Of a stretch of 64,000 nucleotides of DNA, positions 1 through 13,464 are shown piece after piece; positions within the stretch are counted from its first letter, which is position 1; the number at the start of each line of letters is the position of its first letter. The stretch is from Azolla caroliniana (taxonomy: Eukaryota; Plantae; Polypodiophyta), in the NCBI GenBank assembly GCA_043228905.1, contig JBHGNT010000011.1, positions 21,018,001 to 21,082,000 of the forward strand, in the 5' to 3' direction. The translations under genes and the position numbers were made by a program. The notes beneath the pieces are model-generated. The model made no database searches. It worked only from the letters and a program-made list of their open reading frames with translations, and had not been told where the DNA came from.

Positions 1-13
1 ATGGGCTCAGATT

Positions 14-168
14 CTTGCATATTCGGATTTCATTTCTACCAATATGCATATCTGAATTCTTGGCACACCAACTTCCATGGAATTATTATAGTAATAACTT
101 CCTGCACGTTCAGATTTCATTTTCACCAATATGCATATCTGAATTCTTGGCGACACCAACTTCCATGC
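14..168. repeat. Diverged tandem duplication (~88-bp period) in an intron
   Basis: GATTTCATTT..ACCAATATGCATATCTGAATTCTTGGC.ACACCAACTTCCATG occurs at ~14-79 and ~101-168. Confidence 0.85.
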
Positions 169-259
169 AATTGCAGGGCAGAAGCAAACACACACACACT
201 CGAGATAAAAACTAGACTCCTTTCAAGTTTAGCATAGAAATTTGAACAAGTTTAGGTAC

Positions 260-3200
260 CTTTTCACTGTGTTCATCTTGAGTCCTTTGTAGTGAACCAT
301 TAAGCGTACAGTCATACCCAAATCATGTCTGTAAGTAACACACCAATACAGATTGTTTTACCACAATATTATTAAATTCACCACAATATCAGGCTAATAA
401 TCCTGTAGCATTTAAAAATTATTCTTAATCAGCTTTGGAAATGTGTAAATGATAAAGAAATGAACATTGTTATATATATTATTGGTATACCAGAAATCTC
501 AATTCACATTTATACCTTCAAAACATCACTAACAGGGAACTCAGGAAATATAATGCTGTCACATATTATCAGTCGAAGATTTTCTATGTCAAACGATATT
601 ATTATTGCTGTCCAGAAATGTTATTTATAGTCTACTTTCGTTTTCTTTCTTGAAGAATCTTAGGTTTTTCAAGTCATACTGTTCCTTTTTTGTTTGTATT
701 TAATAAGAAGGAAAGAAGGGATTAAATTTTTGAATTGCAAAAACATTCAACATGTAATGCGATCACCTCAAAAGTTCCTCAAAAAATAATGGGTTACGTT
801 TCAGGTCCTCTGGAGGCATAGCACCATACTTTTCACTGAACTGGCCTTTGAGCATATCTGGCTTAATATCTGGATATGAAACTTGGCTTAGAGAGATAAA
901 AGTAGCATCATAACACAGACAATTCAGTAAGAGCTTCCAAGAAGCATTGAGAAGATGAAATTCAGCCATTACTTGTTTTTCATACAAAATTTAAAACAAG
1001 AACCGTTCATATTACAAAAAAATATGAATTGCCAAGGTGATCAGCTACAGCTCAAACTCACAAAAACCAAAAGCATATATCTTGATGGACTTCAGCTTCA
1101 TAACAGTCACGTTTTTCAGTCCTACACCAGCTAAAACCTGGTATAGATTGAACATATAATAGCCCTTGTAAGCAGCATTCCCATGGTATTTTATCATTTT
1201 GATGATCATTAGAAAAAAAGTACTATATTAATCACTTTTAAGTTCAGATTGCTGTAGCATTATGAACCACATATAATCCTTAAATATTTAGAATCTATAC
1301 CAAAGAGATACCTTCCATTTGCTACTTTTCAAAGAAAAAATCACAAATGAATCCAATTTGGACAATATAGCATGGCGACATTTGTGGATCCAAATTTCAA
1401 AGAGAAGGTGGTATATGTTAAGGAAAATCAAAGAATTGGTGAGGACCAATGAGATCTAGAAGCAGTAAACCATCTATCAAAGTTTTTGATTATCAAATTA
1501 GATCAAGAGTACTTTCTTTTGAGATTGCATTGATACTTGTCGTTTAGTAACCCTATATATTGTTCCTTCATATTGAAGCTGAGACTCCAATAGAAGCTCA
1601 TATAGCACAGACAATCAAAGAAAGCATGTGGCACAGACAACACTATAATGCAAATTTCCCTCTCAAATCATGGCTGGGCATCCGGGAAAAGGTAGCGTAA
1701 GGTACATTTTCAAATTCACTGGTGTGAAAAGTTTACCTGCATATTGGAACAAAACGGTTGGTTTTGACCAGAACCATGACAAAGGAATACTGGAAACTGG
1801 AAACCAGTCTTTGGTTCTATAATAATCTGCTCAACATCATCTTTAAGTTGATTTCGTAAGTGAATCAGTGATGCAGTAATATCACATGAAGCCACCTCCT
1901 GCTGAGGATAGTTATTTTCAGGTGATGATTCAATATCAGCTTCATCAACATCAGATGGTAGTAATTTGGGCCTAGCGAAAACAATCCTTGAGTTACAAAA
2001 TCATAACGAAAACATGTGTTTATTATAAGAATAAAATTATATTGCTTGTGGGAAAGTCTCCAATGCAACATAATGCACACAGATACAGAATTTATGCCCA
2101 CATACACGTAGAAATGCACATGCACATGAGTTTTCACAACAAAAAGTTAAGCATCTCTAGGATACCTACATTATAACCATACAGTAATTAAATTTACCGG
2201 TGTTTTAAAAAACAATCAAGGACCAGCATGAAAATACCCAGTGTGAGTTTTCTTTCATATTTGATCAGCTCTGTACAGGCTTCGCTATGTCACTGTTACG
2301 GAATAGATACCTAACCTAATGAATTGAAAAACATACACATATATATGTACAAATGCACACGCATGCAAGTTCTCACTAGAAAAATGGAAGCACCTCTAGC
2401 ACACCTACAATATAAACATACATTGTATAAGTTTTCCAGTGTTTTAAAAAACAATGACCAGCCAGGTTAAAAACAGATGGTGTGAGCTTTCCTACTATCA
2501 CATTGGATAAGAGCTCCGTAGAGGCTTGGTAAAGTCACTATTAAGGCTAGCATTAAAGATCAAAAGTAAATAAACAGCCTAATAACACAGAAAAGCATGC
2601 ACAACCAATATACACTTGAAGGATATAAAACCTTACAGGCTTTACAAAAAGTTATAGGACAAATTCATAGTTGAGTTTCATGCATTAAAAAATGATAGAA
2701 ACTAACAATAAAACAAACTCACTAAGGAGGTATGAGAATGAAAAGCTAAAACGGGTAATCTAGCATTGCAAGGGCGAAACACCAGAAGGAGCTCATCAAC
2801 AAGAACATGTGAAAAAGAGGCTAAATTGAAAAATAGACACCATTTAAGTGATTTTAATGGATCTCTTTTCGTCATGCACACAGTATTACACTGAAAATTT
2901 CTAATAGAATCTTCCAAGGTATAACAACTTACAGGTTTTCAAACGGAGGTATGACTGCACCACTCAGTGCAACAACTGCTGGAAAGCATAGATGACGTGG
3001 TTTGGAGAAAATGCTGCTGAAGTCCAAGGATAAAATATGCATGCACGCTAGATACAGTGGGGCATGTAAACTTTCAGAAATGACAACAAGGTTACAAAAG
3101 GTCTGATTGCTATTTCCAACCGCTGGTCTCTTCTCAAGTTCCCTTATTCTTTTACATTCAGGTTTACTAGAAGCTAACCATGGCATGAACAAAATAGGAA

Positions 3201-3369
3201 ACTGCAGAGTGGCTGTCCAAGCATCACCAAGATCCCCATTTATGTGAAATGTATGTGCCCCTTTAGAACCCTGGTTCCTCTGCAATTGATAATTCGATTG
3301 TTTTTTGGAGTTAGGGAAAGATGGAAACCATCCAAATAGCCAACTTGGTAGAAGCCACTTGCCCTGCAT
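260..3369 (-). CDS. FAP2: Chalcone-isomerase-fold fatty-acid-binding protein (FAP2-like), partial; 3' end lies beyond the window start
   Basis: GT-AG exons 3369-2933, 1971-1737, 1137-1062, 869-767 and 328-260 join in frame to give ...AVVALSGAVIPPFENL...IIEPKTGFQFP...VLAGVGLKNVTVMKLKSIKIYAFGFYIKP...FFEELLRHDLGMTVRLMVHYKGLKMNTVK, matching recalled plant FAP2 motifs. In-frame stops lie just upstream of ATG 3369. Confidence 0.85.
2100..2550. repeat. Diverged tandem duplication (~240-bp period) in a FAP2 intron
   Basis: Blocks AAGCA.CTCTAG.A.ACCTACA, GTGTTTTAAAAAACAAT, GTGTGAG.TTTC and AGCTC.GTA.AGGCTT recur in order at ~2130-2300 and ~2370-2545. Confidence 0.75.
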
Positions 3370-3946
3370 ATTCTATCATGAATTTTCACAAAAACGTTTC
3401 TTTGCACAATGCAGACCTTGCAAACATTGCCTCAACTTATAGCAAATTGATGAGTGCTGGCTCCTCCAAAGCCCGTCTCACTGCAGTTCAGAGATCACTG
3501 TAAATTAAAAGCTAACAATGCGTATAAACAATTGCCCAACTTTCTTTAAATGAACCAAAAACTACAGCAATTACTAGAAAGTTTAATGACGTTTTTATCT
3601 AGAGTTCTATTTTAGAGGAGCAGAGTCACCTTAATTATCATGGACAAATCAGTTATAAGCTCATAAGCCCAGAAAGTAAAGGGCCAACAGATTGAGATAC
3701 ATTTAATTGAAACAATAGAGCTTACATTACTGGTGGAAAACTAGGTGAGGCTCTTCTTCATTGCAAAGTCCCTAATATCTGAGGTGTAGTGCCCACTGGG
3801 TCGCCTTAATGGAAAGCAAAATTGATCCTTTCCTCATCATACTCACTATGCAAAATTCCTCTTGGAGGTACTGCAAATTGACATGTACAGTCTTGGAGGT
3901 GCAGGATATTCCACGCTCATTATTGAGGACTTCACCAGGATATTAC
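3370..3946 (-). promoter_or_regulatory. Putative spliced 5' leader of FAP2 carrying several uORFs
   Basis: Predicted leader exon 3946-3726 (TAG acceptor, GTAAG donor) and an acceptor at 3497. uORFs at 3920-3846 (24 aa), 3840-3772 (22 aa) and 3761-3741 (6 aa), plus further upstream ATGs in 3497-3370. Confidence 0.45.
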
Positions 3947-4172
3947 CTATAGCAAACACAACTCACATTTCTAAGGTGCAAGAAAGGGAGGGGGGGGGAC
4001 TGTTAGTTTTGTTTCTTTCATGATTCATGAACGGCAAAACATTGCGTTCTTTACATGAACAGAAGTGTTCATGAATTCCCATCGTATGCACTGGAGAGAT
4101 GATGCAAGCCATGGAAACGATTACACAACATAGAAGATCCTGACATAGACCGAAACATGGAATGAATGCGAA

Positions 4173-4177
<5 letters not shown>

Positions 4178-4225
<48 letters not shown>
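4178..4225. repeat. (GA)n microsatellite in the FAP2 5' region
   Basis: Uninterrupted AG/GA run. Confidence 0.95.
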
Positions 4226-4228
<3 letters not shown>

Positions 4229-5519
4229 TGAAAAGAACAACATAAAGTTCAGAGGAGAACGTGGCGAACCTGTTTTAAGAAGTGGAAAGCGCAGACTTTC
4301 AGAAATCTTGTGAAGGGAGGTTCCAGTAGCTTGGTCTGTGCGAGGGAAGAGAGATCTGAGAGACATGGAGAGAAGAAGAAGAAGAAGGAAGAAGAAGAAG
4401 GAGCAGAGGAAGAGTTGTGTTACATATTTAAGTTCTCATGCGAATCGTGCCTGCGAATTATGCCTTCCAAATCCAATAACAAAACAAAACAAAACAAAAC
4501 AAAAGAAGAAGGTGTGTGTGTGTGTGAGAGAGAGAAAGAGAGAGAGTTTGTTCTGCCCAAAGCCTTCCCTCTTGTTGCTCCTAGAATTGAATTTAATGAG
4601 AAACCTCTCTCCCTTCACTAACTTTTGTGTTCTGTCTCTTCATTTCTCCAGCACCCACACGCTCTCGAATCTCAACTTGTCTTTCTCATTCCTATCACGA
4701 TTACACTTTTGTGGCCTCTCCCATACAACTCTCACTCGTCCATCCATTCGAGCTGGTGGGTCGGTCGATTGGTCGGTCGGGGGATGGCTTCATGTGGGTG
4801 GGTTCCAGCTCCCAAACGAATAACGATATTCATTATGTATTCTGGACCAATATCACTCCGATCAAAAACCGATTGAGCGAGATATCTCGTAAGAATTTTG
4901 AGTTCAATTTCATGAGAGGATCGACAAGGTGGAGGTAGATGATAGTACGTTCTCACACACTAACGTCGAGACGGTTCTCAAGAAGCCTAAATGAGTAAGA
5001 CATAGCTTTCAATAAGGACATGAACAAACATTTACATATTTCGAACCCTCGTTGGGCATTAGAATCACTACTCAAGGCTAGTGGTGAGCTTTTCATATCC
5101 CCCCCCCCCCACACACACACACAACTATGTAAGGACTACAAAGGTAAGGAAGGACCACCTCAATTTTGTTTATGCTTTTTCCCCTGTTTTCTTTTTGTTG
5201 TGATTTTACATTTGTAAATCATGATTAGTGAGCCCATGATGCACAAATTCGTAATGGTTAATTTTTTGTTTTCCCCTGCCAATTAGTTACAATAGTGCTC
5301 AATTATTTTCATAGCCACTTTATTTATTGTTAAATATAACACTAACCATCAGTTAACATTAAATTAACATGCAAATAAGAAGAAAGGAGGCAACTACTAC
5401 TACATGCAAGTTTTTGTGGTGCGGTAGAGTAATGTGCTCTATGTGGAGTGTGTTTGTTTGTAATGTGGCAACAATTAGACATGTTCATAGATAAGTTATT
5501 GGGCTTTGGAGTGCACAAT

Positions 5520-5640
5520 TTAAGAATGCATAATCTTTGGGTTATCAAAAGATTTGTTTGGGCTGAAGCGAGCACCAAGAGCATGATATGAGCGAAGGAT
5601 GGATTCCTTTAAAGGGTTTTATTTACGTGATGCCCAACAA
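5520..5640 (+). mobile_element. Small decayed Ty1/copia reverse-transcriptase fragment
   Basis: AAAGATTTGTTTGGGCTGAAGCGAGCACCAAGAGCATGATATGAGCGA reads KDLFGLKRAPRA*YER, resembling the copia RT motif KALYGLKQAPRAWYER. Confidence 0.5.
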
Positions 5641-6875
5641 ATGATGCTCCCTATGTAAAAATGGAAGTTGAGTATACAATTATCCTTATGTTCTCTTTGA
5701 ACAAGCTCGTAATGTCATTGTGTTTGTGCCTCCGATGCATATGGCAAATAGAAATCTTACTTCCCAAAAAAAATCCCGTGAAGTTGAAGTCTTGTCCTAT
5801 GTGTATCTTTTTATGAAGGCTTTGGGAAGTGAGCAAGTCAAAAACTACAATTATAAAAATGGGCGAAAATCATCAAGCTGAGAAAGACAAGTTAAATGAT
5901 GTGAGAGTTTGAATGGTCGACCTTTTATAGAACGATGGATTATGGTTAACTCGAGGAACATAAAATTTTGGTTTGATCTAGTGTAAATGGACACAAAATA
6001 GAAAATGTATCATGTACAAACATCTAAAGGTCAAATGGTATAAATTGTTTTGTAAAAATATACAATAATGAGAATACATGTGGAGAAAGAGTTTTAACTC
6101 ATATAACATAAGAAGTTCAAGTTGTTACCATCTATAATTTATTATAGACAACTTCTGAAAAGGAAAATACAAGATCTTCATGGATTTGATGTCATCAAGG
6201 TCTCATCAACTCTAGTCTCAGAAGGCATGCAATCACAATGAGTAAACTTTCACTTTCTATCACCATAAGTCCTTGACAATGAGGTTTAGGTTTAAGGTAT
6301 GTAACATGCTTTTGAGTTCTTAAATGAGCCTTGAAAGAGATGTTGAGAAACAATAAGAAGCAAGAAGGCAAGCAAAGAATATGCATAGTTCAAACCATAA
6401 TATTATTAATAGGGTCACCCTAAGTTCACCTCAAGACGCATCAAACCTCATCATACTATAAGTTTGAAAAGCACAATCACGACAATCTTATCATCTACTC
6501 ATATGTCTACATTTATATTTGTTCAAACAATGTTAAATGAAATAAGACATTGAATCCATGAGTGATTGTTTAATCAAATAGGTCAATTATTGTTTTAATG
6601 GATGCATAATGGCATCATGTGTTCACATTGTGGTTTAACATAGAGATGGTATTGTATGTATTAAGATTCGGTAGTATATAAAACTCTCAAGCCAATCAAG
6701 CTGAAAGGGCAAAATCACTTATGAATGATCCAATATTATTACATACACAATAGAGACCTCTATCCGGACTTGTGAAAAAACAATACAAGTGATATGGGTA
6801 CACACTATTGTTACATACATAGACTACCTAAAACGAGTGGATTGGCAGGCACAAGGAACACATTCTTGCAATGTC

Positions 6876-9800
6876 TCACTTTTGGGCTAATGTGGCGTCT
6901 TTAAGGTCGATGTGGAGCAATAGTTTAACCTTCGATAATTCATCCCCTTTCATGTCACATAAGGTTACCCCTCTATAGCCATGCCTGAGCTCACTCAAAG
7001 GTAAGCTTATTTGCCCTCCAAAATCATCCCTTGTAGAGTTCTCATTATAAACCTCCAATCTTAGCACTCCAATTTCCGGTGCTCTTAAATTGAATTCAAA
7101 TTCTTCTCCCCACACTGGCATCCAATTGTCATCAACCGTTTGAGTTTTCTGCATCACTGAATCAGCTTCTATACCCGCAATACCCACCTAAGTTTTTTTT
7201 TTATTCATTAGAATTTGTCATCATTGTCATTTTAAGCATTTTTTGGGTTAGAAGGAAATAGATAAAAAAAAAATAACGAGGGGATATATATGCTTAGTTT
7301 TATTTTCTCTTCTTGGTGTAGTGTTGATATTAACCCCAATAACAAGAGGTATTTTGGATAATATTGCTCTTTGTTTTAATGGTAAGAATGGAGCATTAAT
7401 CTCTCAATCTATGAGTTAAAAATTAGCAATCAGCAACAATTCGTTTTAATTTGGTTTGGAAGTCTCGAACCAAACAGTTAAAAATATTTTGAAACCTAAA
7501 CCAAATTGTTTACGAGATTCTCAAACTGAAACTGTTATGCCATTAAGTTGTGCTTTCCTGGTTCGGTTTTGGCTCAAACTGAATCGTTGACATTGATAGT
7601 TATAAGTTTGCAACATACAGTTTATGTATAAATTCCATGGTATAAAAATGTTTCATAAATCACTAAGTCATTGAAACTACTGTTTCCAGCTTGATAAACC
7701 GTAAACTCATACGCCAGTATGATATGAAACCGAATGATCCCCCCCCTCCCCCCAAAAGATAAAAGCCAAGCCCTTAAGCCAAACTATTGAACTGTTAACC
7801 CACAATTTCCTGGTTTGGTTTTGGCTCAAACTGAGCCATTGCTGATTGTTAGGCTTACTAACAAGGCAAGGGCTCCAACTACAAGGCCAACAGAACTCCA
7901 CTTTTATCCACAAAAATAGTGGAGCAAACAGACTTTGCCTATAATTTACACCACTCACACACTCATATTTGCCACAAAATCATAACAGTTTAAGGCACAG
8001 AATATTCATACAGCCATACCATTGTGTAGAAGTCAGGTGCCGAAAACCGATCAAAACTCTTTTCGCCAAATTGTTCACGCCATCCGTAACCCATACAAAT
8101 CTTGACCTGGTATAAGTAAAAATGACCAGTCACTCATATTTATATCTCAACCTAATAAAGCAGAAGAATTTTTTTGTTAGGGATACTAGCTTCTTCTATG
8201 TATGTAAATGTTACACACAAATGCAGTATTGTCGGGAGTAAATTAAGCCTGGAGTTGGTGTATTTGCTAACATAAGTCCTTTGCCAACCATGCATAGCTA
8301 CTCCCTAATAATGCATTTTTGTGTATGCTCATAACGTCCAAATATTCACCCAAATTTCCCTATTCTTGAAACACACACACACAGGTATTCTCATGTGTAA
8401 TGCTTTCATGTTTGATAATAGACATGGGGTGAAAGCCTATATAAAGAAGCTGAATGGTATCCTCATGTGGAATTTTTGGATGTTAGAGCATGTGGGGATC
8501 ATTTCCTCAAATGCATATTCAGGTTTTTTAATGGCATTACAGGACGTCCCTCTCCCTACATAGGCAGATGATAGGTAGAGGAGACTAAGAAGTCTTGTAA
8601 CTAAGTGGTTTTTACATACAATTAATATAATTGTGTGCTTTTACCAAAAAGAGCGTGAGAGAGAGAGAGAGGGGATCCATAATATACTTTCAAATTTAGC
8701 TTCACTGGCAGTGGATTTTCTGGATTATACATGTTAACAAATAATCCATCAGTACTTGGAAGAAGAAAGCCAGGTTTCTTTATGTATCCACATCCACCAT
8801 TAGCTTTGAAAAACCCTTGAGCAACCCACAAGTGCTTCCCATAACCCTGATATATATTGCCAAAACAAAAGAGAACAAAAGAAAAATCAATTTCCCATTT
8901 TAGGATTGTATTTGCTTACAGTTTCAAAGAATGTTTGAAAAGAAAATCAGGCCTAACTTGCATATTGGCAGCAACCATTTGCGCTCCATGTGCCCATGCA
9001 ATAATCGGATTATAATTTGATGAATTGAATCGCAACCCATAAGGATAGATCCTCAGAAAATTATTGTGTGTAAACCTGTTGGACACATCAATGCAATTAG
9101 AAATAGCAATAACATCAGGTTTCCAAAGATAAAATGAAAGGGCTATGAAGATGAGATGATATATGGCAATCACAAATCCCAACTCACTTGACAACGGCGT
9201 GAGGACTTGATCCTGCAACTTCGGTAAGCTCTGGTTCACTTAAACTAATTCTCTTTACAAGCTCTTCAGATTTCAAGGCATCTAATACCGATTTCCCTTT
9301 CGGCTTTCCCGCTTTTATTGAAATTAGTTTCTTGTACTCTTTTGGTATCACAGGGGGTTTGTTAGGCTCGTCTTCCAAGGTCGATCTCACAACATTCTTC
9401 ACCTACACAAAATGTGGTATCAATTTGTGTTACAAAGTTTACAAGATAAAAAATGATATCTAACCTTCTCATGATCTTTGAGTGAGGAAATCTCCTCAGT
9501 ACCAACAGTAGACTTGTTTTCTTCCTTAATTTCCTTCTTTGCATCTATTGCGTCGATAACAACCAGTTCTGAGATTTGGGCACATGGAACCTCGAGAGAA
9601 TCCTTTGGCAGCTTTGTTAATGGCATCATTTCTTTAACCTTTCTAGGGATGAGATTTTTAACTTTATTGTAAGCCATGAGAGAGGAAATTTTGTAGCCCC
9701 CAGTAGACTTGCTTTCTTCTTTCTTCATGATTGACACGTCATCATCGTTGTCATCTTCTTCTTCTTCTTCTTGGATCGGTCTTGAGGGGTCGGCAATCGG

Positions 9801-11548
9801 AGCCTCTAGAAACTCCTTAGGAGGCTTTGTTGAGATGAGGATTCTTCCTCTCAGAGACTCTGGTGATGGGAAAATCTTCATCCCTTCGTCATTCTCAGGG
9901 TAAAAAAGAGTAGATCCAAAAGTATCGACAATCACCTAGTGGAGAAAAGAAAAGAAAAAGATGAGACTTTACATGATTGAACTACAATGTATGAGAATTT
10001 ATCACTAAGACATTTTCTAGAAAGATGTATGTACCTCTGCAGCCTTCGCTTGTAACTGTGGAGTAAGATGGTCCTCTAATGTCACAATAACAGGGTAATC
10101 AGTCTTGTGAAAAGCATTCTCTTTGATGGCGACAAGGCATGTCTTGAAATCAACCGGGGAGGTCAAGGTTCTATGTGATTAAGCAAAAATTGAAAACAAT
10201 GTGAGAGCCATGTCCTTCATTAATATAGGAAACTTCACCTACAAATAAAGATTTGTGGATGGATATACCGACATATGAACACATATATATATTATAGAGA
10301 GAGAGAGAGAAAGAGAAATGCACACAAAGACACTCATAGTGAGGTGAAAACTCAGAAAGAAGATTTACAACATGTCAAGAATAAATCATTTAAAAAAGAC
10401 CATAAATGTGGTCAGTAATGTCATGCGAGTAATAGCATAAAGGGAGGATCATCAGAGGGAAAATCGAACGAGCTGCTATGGATCCGAAGCTGATGGCCCA
10501 AATTTCTGTTCATTATGAATAATCTAGAGTGATCCATGGGCATGACATGGACACAAGCAAAGGTGACATAGCACTCGCACTAGCATGGGAAGAGGAAATA
10601 CCTAAGGAACCAATATGGATCCACTGCCGATGACCCAAAATCATGCTCATTACAAATAGTCCAGAGCATTCAATTCAGGCATTGGCAATGACACTGATGT
10701 AGATATAGATACAGATACAAATAAGGAATCATGGTGTGTGAGGCTACCTTCCATGGTAAACCAAGATTTCATCTTCTTCAGGATTAGGCCATAGATCGAG
10801 CTCCACAACTCTCACACCTCGGCGAAGAGCTTCAGCTATTGGTTTCTCGCTGCAAGCACTGCTGAGTTGATTTCCAGTGAGATAGGAATTGTGTCCTGTG
10901 AAGATGTAATAGTGTGCCATTGGAGATGTCATGTCATGGTGGATCTGGTCATCATGGAAAATATATGAATGTACAAAAGCTTTATAGCAGATGTTTGTGG
11001 GTGATTCGGTATGATATATTTGCCTTACAAAACATATATAATTATAAGGAAAAAAACTCTGAAATTACTCCTGATGATGTTTTAGGTTGCAATAGATACC
11101 CGAAATCATTTCGTCAGAAATCATGACAAGTTAGAATAGAAATAAGGTGTAATTTCAACCAGAACCACAAGCAAAGTTTATTATAGCCGAAAACAGAGAC
11201 CATTTCAATAGAAATAACGCATCACAACACAGACTTCAGACATCATTTCTGAAGATAATTAACAGCATAACCGTAGATTAAAACCATCCTTCTTACTCGA
11301 GAATTGATAGCTTGATTGAGCTCAGTGTTGAAAAGATATTCCAAGAAATCCTTCTTATTGAATTCTGTCTTATCTCTGCTGACCGGAAAAGATTTTTCCA
11401 TGAGCTGTGCGGCTTGACTCTCAGAGATATCGACTTCATTCTGGACGCCGATCAAAAATTTGCGAAAATGAGAAGGACCCATTATGCCATTGACCGAGAA
11501 TTTCTCGAAGATGGAATCAATCTCTGCAGAATCAGGTCGAGGATCCAT
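6876..11548 (-). CDS. PLC: Phosphoinositide-specific phospholipase C (EF-hand-like, X, Y and C2 domains), 9 exons
   Basis: Exons 11548-11297, 10944-10748, 10170-10035, 9935-9465, 9402-9188, 9075-8958, 8846-8688, 8106-8020 and 7187-6876, all GT-AG and phase-consistent. Motifs [93 protein letters not shown] and C2 PVWGEEFEF...DDFGGQ. Confidence 0.95.
7427..7848. mobile_element. Putative non-autonomous DNA transposon (MITE) in the last PLC intron
   Basis: Terminal inverted repeat CAATCAGCAA (7427-7436) / TTGCTGATTG (7839-7848), flanked by TTAG on both sides. Internal AAACC/GGTTT motifs recur, and TTTCCTGGTT.GGTTTTGGCTCAAACTGA is duplicated. Confidence 0.45.
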
Positions 11549-12731
11549 GGTTCCCGCGTTTGGTTAGGGGCTCTCAACAGAGGAAGAAGATGAAGATGAA
11601 GATAAAGACGAAGATGATGATGAGACTTTGTTTGCATTTAAACTTTTCTTCTTCTGCTAATGGACTAATTTGACTTTTGGATAACAGCCCTTTTTTTGTT
11701 TTACAGCACCAAGGGCCTCATCGCGGAGTTAGTTGTGTTAGTTGTGTCGGCTACTCTCGGAGAGTTCTCTTGGGACCAACACTAGGATTTCACGAGCACT
11801 CTTGCTTGCCTCTCTCGGGACCAATGGCAAGACTCGATGGCCTTCCAAGGCCTCTAGAAACATCACATGACACATGAAATCTCTCTTGACATAGGACTTG
11901 AATGGAATGGAAAAGTTTATCATACCCAATAAGGATGGACAGTGGGGGAAATACATCCTTTCTCCTTCCTATACATGAGTAACTTTCTCAAATGGCCTCC
12001 ATATGCTATGATTTCAGAGGATAATGGTCTATGCGTACTTATATAATGGACGTCATTACCATAGTCTACAACAATGTAGGTTCCTCCTAGCTTTTAGGTA
12101 TCATGATTTAGAAATAATTGCATGTCACAAATATGTGCAATATGTGTTTGCAGTTTATCATTTCAACATTACTGAGTCCTAGACTCCTGTGTTCAATGCT
12201 AGATGCTTATGTTGGGCACAAATACTTTCGAAGCTTGGGAGGATATGAAGTTAAGAAGAATGGGATCATTGACAACAACATAGTGTTTCATGATCAATGA
12301 ATGTGTCTTGACATGCACATAGAAATATCATCATTCTATAAAGTTATGTAGTTTGTGTATGGGGCAATGCAACATAAGGTTTTTATTTCTACCCCACGTG
12401 AGTGAATGGGGCATGTGTTTTTCACACTTCAGTGTGATACTTTGGATTTCTAACGAGATTGACAAGCCTATGGATTTTTTATCAACAATCAACGATCTAG
12501 ACTCAACGATTAAACCATCTTTTCTCGCAAGAATCCTTCTTTTGAGGAAGGATATCGGTGCTACCTTAGTTTTAATACCAAGTAATTTCGATAAGCGATT
12601 AAGCTTTGAAAGACCTATAGGATTCAACAAACACATAAAATAATTCTCATTAACCTCATATCGCCAAACCACATGAATTCAAATCTGTTTCCATGATAAT
12701 GTACAACAATGCATTTGGCATTCTTGATAAG

Positions 12732-12990
12732 CATGAGAATATACATGGATTTTTTTATTGGGTTTGATTAATCCAATTCTTTGCATTGATGATTGGGGCC
12801 CCCTATTATCTAAACTAAATTTTGTAGTATAGTTCTTGTATATTTAATATTTATAACATGGTCCTACTTAGCCATGAGAATACACACAGTTTTTATTATA
12901 AGGTTTGATTAATCCAATTCTTTCCATTGGGCCCCCCCTATTATCTTAATTAAGTTCTTGTATATTTATACCACCGTCCTAGTTAGCCAT
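12732..12990. repeat. Diverged tandem duplication (~140-bp period)
   Basis: CATGAGAATA.AC...GGTTTGATTAATCCAATTCTTT.CATTG...GGGCCCCC.TATTATCT...AGTTCTTGTATATTTA...GTCCTA.TTAGCCAT occurs twice. Confidence 0.8.
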
Positions 12991-13419
12991 CACAAAGGGC
13001 ACATTGAATGCACACAATCATAGCCCATCCTTGTTTTCTATCGTGGTTAACGAAAAGATTATGGGATATAAGACTCTTATCATAAACATTTTTTATCAAC
13101 CCTGGCAGTAGGTTTATTGTCATCTATGCCATAGTTTAAAAAACTAATGTAGATTCCATCCATCGTGCTGATAAATGCACAATTAAAAATTTAAAACTAA
13201 GACAAGATCGCTCACTATTTCATAACTTATGGTAGAACGGTCAAGGATCAAAGTTGATAGCAAAATTAGTGAGAACATTGGAAACTAAATGGTATGAACA
13301 CATGGATTTGAGATTAAATCCTGACTTTCATACATCAATATCAACCTGATGGCCTCCAAACTGTTATATTACTCTCTCTATCTCTATGTACATGTATATC
13401 TCTATCCAAACAATTGAAA

Positions 13420-13423
<4 letters not shown>

Positions 13424-13460
<37 letters not shown>
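13424..13460. repeat. (CT)n microsatellite
   Basis: Uninterrupted TC run. Confidence 0.95.

Positions 13461-13464
<4 letters not shown>

Noticed and set aside
4121-4956. Cluster of ORFs near the FAP2 promoter
   Set aside because: Produced by GA, GAA, CAAAA and GT microsatellites; low-complexity translations
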